DNA from: a virus
Taxonomy: Duplodnaviria; Caudoviricetes
IMG/VR virus record: IMGVR_UViG_3300033066_001289
Location: 55,911-119,910 of that record
Length of the DNA stretch: 64,000 nt
Reading direction: 5' to 3' (one strand)
Each line of letters starts with the position of its first letter. The stretch's first letter is position 1. The position numbers and the translations under genes were made by a program. The notes beneath the pieces are model-generated. The model saw only the letters and a program-made list of their open reading frames with translations, ran no database searches and was not told the origin of the DNA. Positions 28,001-40,065 of this stretch are shown here, piece after piece.

Positions 28001-28041
28001 AAATTATCCTCAAAACTATATATCAGCTTTGAGGATAATTT
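28001..28041. terminator. Perfect 14-bp inverted repeat, probable intrinsic terminator after the tail tube gene
   Basis: AAATTATCCTCAAA (28001-28014) / TTTGAGGATAATTT (28028-28041), 13-nt loop, T-rich flanks on both strands. Confidence 0.65.
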
Positions 28042-28062
28042 TTTATCTTTTAATTTTTAAAA

Positions 28063-28719
28063 TTAATATAGGCTTGGATTTCCAACTAGACTCAATAAGC
28101 CACCAGCATCTAATGAACCTCTTCTTCCAGATTGTCCCTGATCTACTCTTCTTTCAATATCTGAAACAGCACCATTACCAATTAGTGCTGGCTTATAATC
28201 GCCTCTTGGTGATCCTAATGATCCAACTGGTCCACCTAATACTGTTGAGAATATTGATTCTGCTTTCCAATTCATACTATCAGAAATAATAAAATTATCT
28301 GATGTATAATTAACACTTATATCACTTATCCATACATTTTTAATTGTAGTAAGTATTTGTGATCCAGAATCTACATCTTGTGCATCAATAATTACAATAT
28401 CAAAAGGATATATTTGGGCACTAGCATGAATGAATGATCTCTGAAATGCCTGAGCTATTCTTAATCTATCAAATCTTGTTCTATCACATGATCCTGATAT
28501 ATCTGTTGATTTATTTGGTGCCGAATCAATGTGACCATCTACTCCAATTGCATCAACCATTGCTATAGATCTGGATTCACTGATGCTTAATTTATTTACA
28601 GCTCCAACTGAAACACCATTTACTTTTATAATTATATTAGTACTTAATGATGTAGAAGTTTTATTTGTTCCATCATTATTATATAATGTATCTCCACTGT
28701 TTATTGCTGAAACTACCAT
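28063..28719 (-). CDS. Tail tube protein
   Basis: 218 aa, downstream of the sheath, beta-rich (IIIKVNGVSVGAV...TTIKNVWISDISVNY...SDSMNWKAE); GGAG ribosome-binding site. Confidence 0.75.
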   Translation of the reverse strand: MVVSAINSGDTLYNNDGTNKTSTSLSTNIIIKVNGVSVGAVNKLSISESRSIAMVDAIGVDGHIDSAPNKSTDISGSCDRTRFDRLRIAQAFQRSFIHASAQIYPFDIVIIDAQDVDSGSQILTTIKNVWISDISVNYTSDNFIISDSMNWKAESIFSTVLGGPVGSLGSPRGDYKPALIGNGAVSDIERRVDQGQSGRRGSLDAGGLLSLVGNPSLY

Positions 28720-28783
28720 ATATTCTCCAAAATCCTATATCTATATATTTACTTAATCCCTTATTGTTATTAATTATTTAAAA

Positions 28784-29518
28784 TTATCCGCTTACTTTTA
28801 AATGTCTGGATCTTTTTACCCCATCCTTATGATTTTCTTTAGCTGATAAAGGTCTTAAATTACTTAATGCCCAACATTTCTTAAAATTATCATCTTCCAT
28901 TGAAACATATGGTAAACATGATTGCGGTATTATATGATCTATTTGCCAAGTCCAAGTTGATTGATCATCATTCCATACCTTAGAATATTTCCCATAATTT
29001 TTCCAATTCATCCAAGATTCAAATTGCTTTTCTAAATGCTCTTTTAAATCTTCTATGCTATATTCCAAAAACTCTAAACAACTATGTCCATTTTTATTAG
29101 AATTATTATTCTTTAAATTTTTCCAAATAAAATGTGATACGCTTCTTCTTATTACAAAATTAAAATCTTCTTTTCTTAATCTTTTAGACCTTAATTTTGC
29201 TTTATTTAAATTTTTCTTATATTCACAAACTTTGCAATCACTTTCATAAGAAACTCTATCTGCCTTAACTCTTTTTCTAAATTCATTAATTTGCTTTAAT
29301 TGTTTACAATTTTTACAAATTCTTTCAGTTAATTTATATACATATCTTGGAACTTTATGATTTTTACTATCTAAACCTAATTGTCTGTAAGCTCTTTGTA
29401 TTGTGCTTCTATTGACGTTTAAAATTTGAGCAATTTTTCTAGAGCCATAATTCTCATTAAAGAGCTCATGAATTTTAGATAATTGCTCAGAATTAAATTT
29501 CGTCTTATATCTGTCCAA
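28784..29518 (-). CDS. HNH homing endonuclease with N-terminal HTH
   Basis: GSRKIAQILNVNRSTIQR HTH, CxxC pairs, WQIDHIIP...CWALSNLRPLSAKEN. Confidence 0.85.
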   Translation of the reverse strand: MDRYKTKFNSEQLSKIHELFNENYGSRKIAQILNVNRSTIQRAYRQLGLDSKNHKVPRYVYKLTERICKNCKQLKQINEFRKRVKADRVSYESDCKVCEYKKNLNKAKLRSKRLRKEDFNFVIRRSVSHFIWKNLKNNNSNKNGHSCLEFLEYSIEDLKEHLEKQFESWMNWKNYGKYSKVWNDDQSTWTWQIDHIIPQSCLPYVSMEDDNFKKCWALSNLRPLSAKENHKDGVKRSRHLKVSG

Positions 29519-32235
29519 CGTTTACCTTGATATAGATATAGTTGATAGGATATGCTGGCTGTACTCTTACAGATACGTTCCACTGTCTTGGATCTACTGA
29601 GTCTCTTACTACTACCAAGTCAGCATATGCCGTAATCAAATTACCAGCCATAAAGTTACTTAATAATGCAACTGCTCTTGCATACAACTCAACTTGTGTA
29701 GTGTTATTCTCAACAGTTCCAATAAATGCCTGGAATCCTGCTCTTAAAGCCTTAGCTATTCTATCTCTGATAAAGATAATGCTAATCTCTTCTTCCTCTG
29801 GATATCCGCTTTGTGTGGTTGTTCTACCCCAAATTACTCTACCACCACCAGTTACTGGCTGGAGTATTGTAACTCCTGCTGCCGCTAATCCTTCCATGGT
29901 TAATGGAGATAATAGCTTGTTTCTTAGGATAGTAAAGCCTGTTAGAATCTTGTTTGTTAATGGATTCTCTACTCTTACATCTGCTGCAAGATAACCTGCT
30001 GCAGCTGCTGCTATATAGAAACCATCTACTACTACATTGTCAGTTCCTGCTTGTACTACTATCTCATCTGGATAGAAATATACACATCTATATGTATTTC
30101 CAAATGCATCTGCTACTGAATAGTTTGCTAGATCCTCTACATTTCCTCCCAATACTTCTGTAATTGAGTCTCCTTGTATACCTTCTAGTAATCCTATATC
30201 TTCTACTGCTGCATCTTCTGTACCCATTAAGTTCTCTGCAGTTAATCCTGCAATAGCACCTATGAATAATACTCTTTCTTTCTTATTTCTAATATTACTC
30301 ATTGCTTTACAATGTGCTAATGAGTTCTGGAATATTGTTGAAATTGTTTGTTTTGGTAGTGGTACTAAAATATCACATTCAACTAATTCCATTGACTCTA
30401 GTGCATTGATCCAGCCTGCATCATAGAATGAAGCATCTCTTGTATCAACAATTGTGACTCTTAATTGATAACCATTTGGTACAATGTTTTTGTTACAAAC
30501 AATATATGTGCTAGTATCTGATGTATCAATTACTTCATAACGCATATTACTTTCATTTACAATTGCTTTCTTAATTGTACATGTATGTCCTGAAGCTGCA
30601 GTAATATCATAATCGCCATCATTTGTATCAGTTCCACTTATTCTAATTCTCTTAGTTAGAATTCCTGAAATTGCTCCAAAATCTGTTGCAGCGCTTGCAA
30701 ATGAAGCTGTTGCTAAACCAACGTTAGCAGTAATGATACCATCTGTTGCATCTGCTACTGAAGTATTTGTTGATACATCAATAACATCAAAGGTTACTGT
30801 AGATTCATTTGTAAAGTCAGGGAATGCATCTGCAGTTACATGCAAATCACCATTAGTAACTGATGTAATTGTATATGTATTAATATTTGCTACATTTGTT
30901 GCATCAATTATCTTTAATTGTTTGCCTACATAAGTGGCATCATATTCTGTACCAGAACTAAATACACCCAATGTATAACTTGAAAGAATTCTTCCAATAT
31001 ATCCATCAAATCCACTATTTATAGTTGCATCTTCTGATACAACAGTATAGAAGTATGAATAGCCTGCTGGTGCAGCAGTGTTACTTGTTATAAATTGATT
31101 TGTAGTTGGGTTGCCTGAAGTATCTAGAGTATAGAAATCCCATTTATTTGGAAGTAACTGAGTCTCAACATCTGTAGCTGGATTAGTTACAAAGAAATGT
31201 ATATCTGAATCTAGATTAGGAACAACTCCTACTGGTAGAGGAAATATAAAGTCATCATCATTTGAAGATTCTGCATTTATTGATTCATCTAAAACATAAG
31301 AAGTTCTTCTTGGCATTGGAGGAGCAGTTTGACAAGCCATTACTCCTGGAGCTTGATTAGCAAAAGCTAATTGTGCACCTAAGCTTAAGTTATTATCTGT
31401 ACTTGGAATACCATGTTTTTCAACAACTGCATTCATTGATTGTAAGAATTCAGGATCATTTATATATGATTCTACTATAAAATTAGCTACTAATGAATCA
31501 TCTTTAACTAGAACTCCACTAGCAACCTTAATAGTAAAAGCATCTCCGTTCTATAAATGAAGTTACTTCACCTATTGAGAAGCTTAGAATACCATTACTT
31601 ACAACTGTATTATCTGCTTGCCAGAATATAGGATTACCATTAGAATCTAATTTGGCTCCTGAAATAGAACCTATTGCTACGAATTTGGCAGTGCCCATGA
31701 TAGGAACATCTAGAGAAGTACGTTGTACGCCAACACAACGAATTGTCCATGTTTCTGGTTGAGCATTTGCATCTACTAAAGTTAAGTTGCTTATATAACC
31801 ATCACCAACATTTGTTGATAATGCTACATAACCATCTCCACCTTGATCTTGAATATGACCACTTTGTAACTCTATTCTACCTGTATCAATATCAATTCTA
31901 TAGTCATATTGATAACTAAATGGATCACTATCTGGTGTTTGTTCTAAACCAACTAGAGGAATTCCATTTTTATATAGAGTTGTTCTATTTGAAATTAGTG
32001 GATAGATACTTAGTTGAAAATGTCTACCATCTGCACCTGTGGTGGATGTATAAGAACTATTTACACCGTCTCTTCCACCGCCATTTGCAGTAGAAACGAT
32101 TGTTTGATTAGTTGAGCCTTCGCCCAAAATTGCTGCTACACGAAGACCACCAGGAACTGATAATCCTCTTGATTGAGTTATGACATCTGTAACAACGCCT
32201 GGTAAAAGCCCTTGACCACCTGGAATATTTGGCAT
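29505..32235 (-). CDS. Contractile tail sheath protein (~909 aa; skip at 31548)
   Basis: N-terminal PGV motif; sheath-type C-terminus (WGRTT...EISIIFIRDRI...VRVQPAYPINYIYIKV). Two ORFs fuse via GAA-C-GGA. Confidence 0.9.
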
Positions 32236-32317
32236 ATTTAAATCCTATTTATTAACTACTTACTTATTTATGTTAAAATATTAACAACACCTGTTATATA
32301 TTTCGACTTGTTTGATA

Positions 32318-32827
32318 TTATTTTATATTATGCAGTGTTTTTAGATCAGAAAACTTTAAATTATGTCTTGTTCTTTTTATTCCTTCTAATATATTCTGCT
32401 TTGCTTCTAATGGTCTTAAATTAATTAATGCCCAGCACTGTCTAAACTCTTCATCTTTCATAGATGTATATTTAAATGTAGAATGTGGTATAATATGATC
32501 TAAATGCCAATAAAAACCATAATTTTCCCATGTCATCTTATCATCAAACTGTGATTCTAAATGATTTCTTAAATCTAATATTGTATATTCTAAATAACTA
32601 AAAATAGATTTACCATATTTATACTTAATTACATCTCTAATAGAATTACTTATATTATGTCTTATTTTTTGTATTGGGGTTCTTTTCTTTAATCTTCTTT
32701 TCGCTTTTAAACATTCCTTACAATAAATATAATAGCATAATTTTTTAGAATTAACCAATTTTCTATGATAAGTTCCAAATTCTGTTATAGGTTTTGGTAT
32801 ACAAGTTTTACAAGTTCGGTATATCAT
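32318..32827 (-). CDS. HNH homing endonuclease
   Basis: WHLDHIIP...CWALINLRPLEAKQN; paralogous to the HNH genes at 16526 and 28784. Confidence 0.85.
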   Translation of the reverse strand: MIYRTCKTCIPKPITEFGTYHRKLVNSKKLCYYIYCKECLKAKRRLKKRTPIQKIRHNISNSIRDVIKYKYGKSIFSYLEYTILDLRNHLESQFDDKMTWENYGFYWHLDHIIPHSTFKYTSMKDEEFRQCWALINLRPLEAKQNILEGIKRTRHNLKFSDLKTLHNIK

Positions 32828-33602
32828 CTAAATCTACATAAGTTTCTATTGTTAAATTTTCAGCAGGAGGAATTAATAAATTTGTAGTATTTCCGAAATT
32901 CCATACTAAAAGTAATAATATCTATAATATTCTTAATAGGAACATTTCTTTCCCATTGAGTTCTAACATCTAAAGTAATAGATTGTCTAAATAACTTATC
33001 ATTTCTATCTTCAGATTCTGAAGGAGATCCAATAGTAGGAGGTTTAACTACAACTCCTGCATATTGTAAAGATTCAAAATAAATATCAGTAAAACACATT
33101 CCGAATTAACTCTAACAAATCATCTCTAGCTCTTAAAGATCTAGTTAAAACATCTATAGTAATTGAACCTTCCCATATACCAGCTGTTACAAATGATTCT
33201 GGAGTTCTTACTTCTGTTTTATTTCCGATATCCATCTTCATATTGCATTGTAGAATATTTAATAGCTCCTCTTTCTCTATTTATTGATAAAGGAACTGAT
33301 TTACTTCCTGCATTTTTAACAAGAATAGCTGGATAAAAAGCAACATCATATCTATAGTTTTCTCCTATAAATAATCTAGTGCATGAATCATCATCAGGCA
33401 ATCCTGCATCTATAGGTAATCCTGTATTATCTGCTGTATTAGGAAATCCCCAAGCATCTCCTATGTATCTATAATAGGAATCTTTAGAAAAGAAATCTCT
33501 TAAAGTAGCAATAATCATTTCCTTAGGATACACAATCATTGAAGCTTGAATGATATTATGTATCTTATATAGATCCGATTTAAAATAATTACCTGTTGCC
33601 AT
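32808..33602 (-). CDS. Probable tail completion/terminator protein (263 aa; skips at 33227, 33103, 32895)
   Basis: Upstream of the sheath; YPAILV...ITIDVLTRSLRARDDL pattern; in frame after three skips. Confidence 0.55.
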
Positions 33603-33605
33603 AAT

Positions 33606-36600
33606 TTACCATCTAAATTTAACTAAAATTGGAGAAATATAGATATCTACAGGATTAGACCCTACCACTTCCCAATCCATAGTAAATCCTGCAGTTAATG
33701 TTCTTAATCTACCAGTAGTATATTCTAAAGTTTTATCTGGGCTTTCTAGATTTACAGTTAAATAGTGTGTAGTTGTTGTTGTATTTAATGTAGTTCCAGA
33801 AATTTGTGAATATTCTCCTTGATCAGTATTTCCTGATGTACCAGAAACTGCATCTAAATCAATAGAGCTAATAACATCATCTTGACGAGTAATACTCATT
33901 AAGAAATATGAATCTGAAGTTAATTCTGTTGTTGCTCCTGGAACTGATTTAATACCCATCTTTATTTGACAGATTTTAACATCTAATGGAAGATATGAAT
34001 TTATTGTATCTTGGAAATAAATCTTTCTATTTACAGTATCAGTATCATGTATTCTAATAATATTAGAAGTATATTGCCCTATTGGTAATACTGATGGAGT
34101 AGTATTAACTGAACCAAGATATGAAGTTCCTGTAATTTCAGATACAAAATCATCTTCATATTTAAATTTACTTGCTGTTAATGGTATATTTACATAACTT
34201 ACTTGATTAACATTTCTCTCAGCTATTATTGAATATGCTGTAGTATATGCTTCTGGTATATAAATATGATTTTCTGTTGTACCAGATGTATATGGACTAT
34301 CAAAAACATTCTCTGTAATTATACATGTTAAATATTCACCAGTCCAAGCTGTCCAAGCTACTCCATTAGAATCATATGGTATTGATGCTTGTAAAAGCTT
34401 AAATCCAACATATGAATTACAACTATTTGCTGCAACATGTCTATAAATAGCATTATTTTTAACAATATTTATTAATCCGCCTATTGTTATTAAATTGGCT
34501 GTAGGAGTTCTATTAAATCCTTTTAGAATATTATTTGTAATAATTGCAGATGATTGACAAACTATATAATTAAGATAATTATATGTAGTAGATATTGTAT
34601 ATCCAAAATTAGTAACATTTCCATGTATAAATACACTTGAATCATTATTATTTGATATTGTAGAAACTCCAGGAATAACTCCATTTAGTTTTTGAGTTAA
34701 TGAAGTTACTGATATTGCTGATCCAAATGTCTCAGATATTGAATTAGTTGAAACATCATTTAACAACTCTAAGTATAATCTAGAATAAGCAGATAATTGA
34801 TTATATGATATATTTAATTTTGATAACTCTTCATAAGCAATACCAGTATGAATGAAGGAACATGCATTATTTTCAATATTAACATTACCTGAAGAATATT
34901 GACACATATCTTGACTATCAGTTGGAGTATCTGTAGATATTATGCTAACTTCAAAATATTTACCATTTCCATCTAATGAGCCTATAAATATACAACTATT
35001 ATTTTGTATATTTAATGATTGTCTAACTGCTCCAATAAATGGAGCACTTATTGTCATTATAGAGTTTGTTGACGTTATATCATTATAAGGTATTTTACCT
35101 TGTATCCAATATCCTATTGTTCCACAAATATTATTTGAAATATTTCCGATTAACTACTACCAATCCTGGTAATGTCATAGATTCTGGAAATGCACCTTCA
35201 TATTTAAGTGAAGAAACCAATATCATTTGATATCTATTACAAATGTTTCCAGTTATTTCTAATCCTTCTATAGTTGTAGAAATTGTAGATACACTTGGGC
35301 TTGTACTATTTACTATAGCTATTGCTGCTCTAAAATCATCTTTAGTCTGATAAGATTCAGCTAATGGAATTCCTCTAGTTTGGAATTTATTATTTTTTAT
35401 ACTTACATTTCTTAGATATAATGATTTATTTGATGCACTAATAGTTGTTACCATTAATATAAATGGATATCTTTCATTTGTTCCAGCTTCTGGAATTTGA
35501 AAAATAAACTCATTATTTTCTATTATATAGTTTTTTCTTATATTTTCTATTGATTGATTATTAAATGAACTTGTATAAGCCATTTCATATACTATACAAC
35601 CTTTACCATTTGCTGGATTTACTAGATTATCTGGATCAAAATCTGGATCTTCATCTGCAGTATATGTCCAATAAAATTTATTATTTTTAATAGTAATATC
35701 TCTTGGAATTTGATTATAAATAACTGCATGTGCATTTGTATTAAATTCACAACCATCAAAAGTAATGTATTTAGAAAAGCTTGTTAAATCAAATACTTTA
35801 CCAGTAACACCATCTGATTTATCTATATCTACATTAAAATTACAATTAATGAATCTTACTTTTTCACAAATGTTTAATGCAATAAATGTGGAAACATTTC
35901 CTAATGAAATATTAAATGTACAATTATTATATTCAATATTTGTAGAAGAACCATATTCTAATATAGTAACTGATGTATCAGTTGTTTCATATGTAAATGT
36001 ACAATTTTCAAAATATTGATTTTCAGCATCTGATGTAACTGTCCATGAATCTGTAAATACAAAGTTAATATTTTTAATATTTACATTGTTTCCAAATACT
36101 ACAGCATCATTAAATTGAATATAATTTGAATTACCTTCTCCATTAATATATGTAGTAGTAGTATAATCAAATGCTATAGGAGCATTTACAATTCCATCTG
36201 ATCCATAAGAATAGTGTATATTTCTAAATGAAGCAGTTCCATTAAAATCATTATTTAAATATAACCAATTAAATATAGCTTCTGCATTATTAAAATTACA
36301 TTGATTATGTAATGCTGGATCTGAAGCATTACTAGCATAGCTTAGATTTAATTTATCATCTACATTTGTTACAAATCTTCTAATATCAGATAAGCTTAAT
36401 GTAGTAGCAGCACTTGTACTTCTAACTAAATAAATTGGTGCCAAATCTTTTCTTTTAATTAAATTAGAGAATGTAGTAGCTTCTAATGAATAAGTATTAC
36501 TACTAGTTGGATTTGTAGCTACAAATTTTCTATTTGGATTACTTATATTAGTTGGATGTACTGTTGGCTCATAATCATCATCTAATAATGGAAGTAATTG

Positions 36601-39600
36601 ATATTCTGATTTATCATTTACACATAATACCCATGTAATATTATATGATGTTGATGAATATAATTCATTCACTTTTGGAACATTTATTGTCTGATTATTG
36701 ATAGTACATAGATTACCATTTACTAAAGCAACGCCACCATTTAAATAGAATTGATTTTCATCTGGATTAGTAGTATCACTTGCAAATTCAAATCCTCTTA
36801 CAACTCCATTACCATGTAGATATCTATCTCCTGCAGTTATAAAGCTAATTGCTGATGTACTTAGATCTTTTTCACTAGTATTACCAAATGATCTATCATC
36901 TGATACATAACTTACTTGTTTAGATGAATCTGAATATTGACATGAACCAATTAACATTAATTCTTCATCTAATGATAAACTTGGAAATAATTGAATATCA
37001 ATATCTTTATTAGTAAATGTACTAACACTTGTATTAATATCTACTATTAAATCTATATAATCTATTTCTGTTTGATCATAGAATCTAGTTATGGTTCCTT
37101 GTTTACCATATGTTAACGGACCAAAACTTGAATATGTTACACCATCATAATTACAAAGATATCCATCATATTCACCAGTAGTTCCATCATAACTATTCAT
37201 ATGTAGAGTGGTTTTAACTACAGTATTTGATTTAAATCCTCTTAATTTATTACTTACTTTAACAAAATTAAACTTAACTAATTCGCTATAGCTTCTTACA
37301 GTAACACCATTTACAGTAATATTAGATCCATCAGAAGCTAGTCTAGCTCTTTCATTTGTAAATGTTTTTCTATTTTGATCAACAAATACTTCAAAATATC
37401 TCTTAAATGGACCGACTGCTGAATTATCATATGCTGATTCTGTATTAAATGAAACAGAATCATAACCAAAATATAATCTGGCTGTAGAATTTAATGCTAA
37501 AGCAGAATATGTTCCTGGTGAAGTTCCTGTATTATGTAGAGCATCATAAACTACTATATTAGTTTCTGTACTTCCACAATTACATGGATCAAATATTACA
37601 TCTTTAATTAAGAATCTTCCAAAGTCTTTTGAAACTCCATATCCATCATTTTGTTGAATTACTAGAGTTTTACCTACTTTTAATTGTGAAGCTCCAAGTA
37701 ATTCTGGCACAGTATAAGTTACTTCTATATGTCCTGGAGGACCTGGAACTACATTTATATCTGTAACGGTACCTTCCCAATAAGTGTCACTATATCCATC
37801 TTCTATTTGAAGGATATCTCCTGCTAATCTATCTAATTCTGCTCCGATTTACATAGAAATTATTTCTTTCTAATGGAACTAATACTCTAGTTGGAACTAA
37901 GGCATCATCTGTAGATACATAGGTTGATCTAAAAGCTGGTCCAGCTAATCCTGCATTTGCTGGTCCAAAACCCAAAGCATCTATTGCTTTAATTGTTGAA
38001 TCAAAAACATCTATTACATTATTTGGATATAATGCATTTGTTAAGCTTACACTATAAGCTCCATATCCATCTGTCATTCCTGCTATAATTGCAAATGCAG
38101 CATCATTATAATGATCTGCTAGCATAATGCCAAATTCACCTTCATGTTTAAATGCAATAAATCTATAATTAAATCCAGCCTGTCTAAATGCTAAATTAGT
38201 TGCCTCAACTACCGAATCTAAAGTATATAATCCTGGAGTTTGTCCTTGATTACCACTTATATCTATAGCAACCATATTTATAACTTCAGTAAATGGATTG
38301 CCAGTAGGATACAATTGTAGACTTAAATTATAATGAGTTTCATCAATCATATTAGGATTAAAATTAATACCTAATGCCTGTGCCCCTCTAGGAGATCCAA
38401 CTATTAATGATCCAGTTTCTGAAAATTCATTATTTGCAGATGCTACTGCTAATACTCCTGATTTATTATTATTAAATAATGGATGATCTATTCTTACTGT
38501 AGCTGTAGTTGTATAAATTAAGTTTTTACCATCAATTCTAATTAAGAATGTTTTATTTTCTCCAGAAACTTGATAGTTTTTCTCTCTTACAATATGAGTT
38601 ACTTCGACACCATCATAATTAACTCTAATTATATCACCAATTTTAATTAGTGCAAATTGTGCATCAAATACATTATCTGAAGTAGAACTTGGAGTAAGTT
38701 TAATTATATCATCACCATTATAAATATCATCATTAGGTGATGTAAATGTTCCATCATATAGTAAATATGTAGTAGCTGAAACTGGTTCAATTACTCCTTG
38801 ACCATATCCATCTAAATTTAATACATTTGATCTTGATGATCTAGATATTCCATTTGTATATAAATTCTGAATTCTAGTTCCTAGTAAAAAGATGCTTGCG
38901 GTATCTAAATACTCTGCAAAAGCCTGTAAATCTGTAATTGTTTGTGGGATTATATTAAAACCAAAAGTATTTAAATATAAGCCAGATGCAGTATGTGCAT
39001 ATTTTCCTGGATAAGTATGAATTCCATCTAATGTAGTTACAATATCTGTAGTATATTCTGTACCATCTGATTTTTGATGATTTACATAATCAGAATTAAT
39101 ATCTTCTAATAAAGTATAAGCATTTGTATTATCTCTAGCCGTATCAAATCTATTAAAAAAGTAATTACTAGAATCATAATCCACTAAAATATGACTTAAT
39201 TCATGTTTAAATAATGATCCTGCAATATGTGGTTCTACTTTAGATCCTGTTAAGCTAATCCAGCCTAAAGCCGTATTCATATCAGTAAATAAATCTTGAA
39301 TATAATTATAAAGATCAGCAGTAGCATGATCTAAAGTCAATTTAGATTCCAAAATACCAGCTGCTGGAGCTATATGAGTATCATATATTGGTAAGGTAAC
39401 TAAACCCATACTGGCTATAGCTGATGATTTGATAGTTCCATCAGGATTTAAAGATGCATCTAATCTAGTTGATAGAGAACTTACAGAACCGAGTTAAGGT
39501 TAATCCCATATCAGCTTGCATATTAAAGATTGCATCTCTAATAGCATTTATAGCCTCTCCACCTATTTCTGTTAAATTATCAAAAACAGGTGGTAAAGTA

Positions 39601-39635
39601 GTGTCATCATCTAAATCTGTTGGAAAATTGCTCAT
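33606..39635 (-). CDS. Large fibre/tailspike-like protein with right-handed beta-helix region (~2008 aa; skips at 39491, 37846, 35148)
   Basis: N-terminal MSNFPTDLDD; repeated FENCTF/YNNCTF/FINCNF/FDGCEF and IxNNxF strands; three ORFs fuse. Confidence 0.7.
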
Positions 39636-39664
39636 TTAAATCTCTTTACTATATTAAAATATTG

Positions 39665-40037
39665 TTAGTTAGAGCTTGGAGGAAGTTGATCTGTTACTTT
39701 TTTAGGTAATTTATCTTTAATTAAGCCCTTAACTACCTTATAAATTAAACCTGATAGCAAACCTGCCACAACTCCAAAGATTATTCTGCTTACTGTATCA
39801 TTTAAATCTAAAGGAAATTGATATGATTTTGCAAAATAAGCAACAATACCACCGATTAAATAAAGGAGCTATTGGTAATAATAGTTCTGTCCATAACTTT
39901 GAAGCTTTAGACATTGGAACTTTAGGATTATCTAATATATATTCTGCTACTTTTCTTAAAACAAAAGTAATTGCAAAAATTCCTAAACAAAATAAAACAA
40001 ATTGCCAACTTAATAAAGCTTGTAAAGCATTTTCCAT
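39665..40037 (-). CDS. Small membrane protein, holin-like (123 aa; skip at 39854)
   Basis: About three hydrophobic segments and a basic C-terminus once repaired; AAGGAG ribosome-binding site. Confidence 0.55.
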
Positions 40038-40065
40038 ATTAAACTCCTTATTATATATTAAATAG

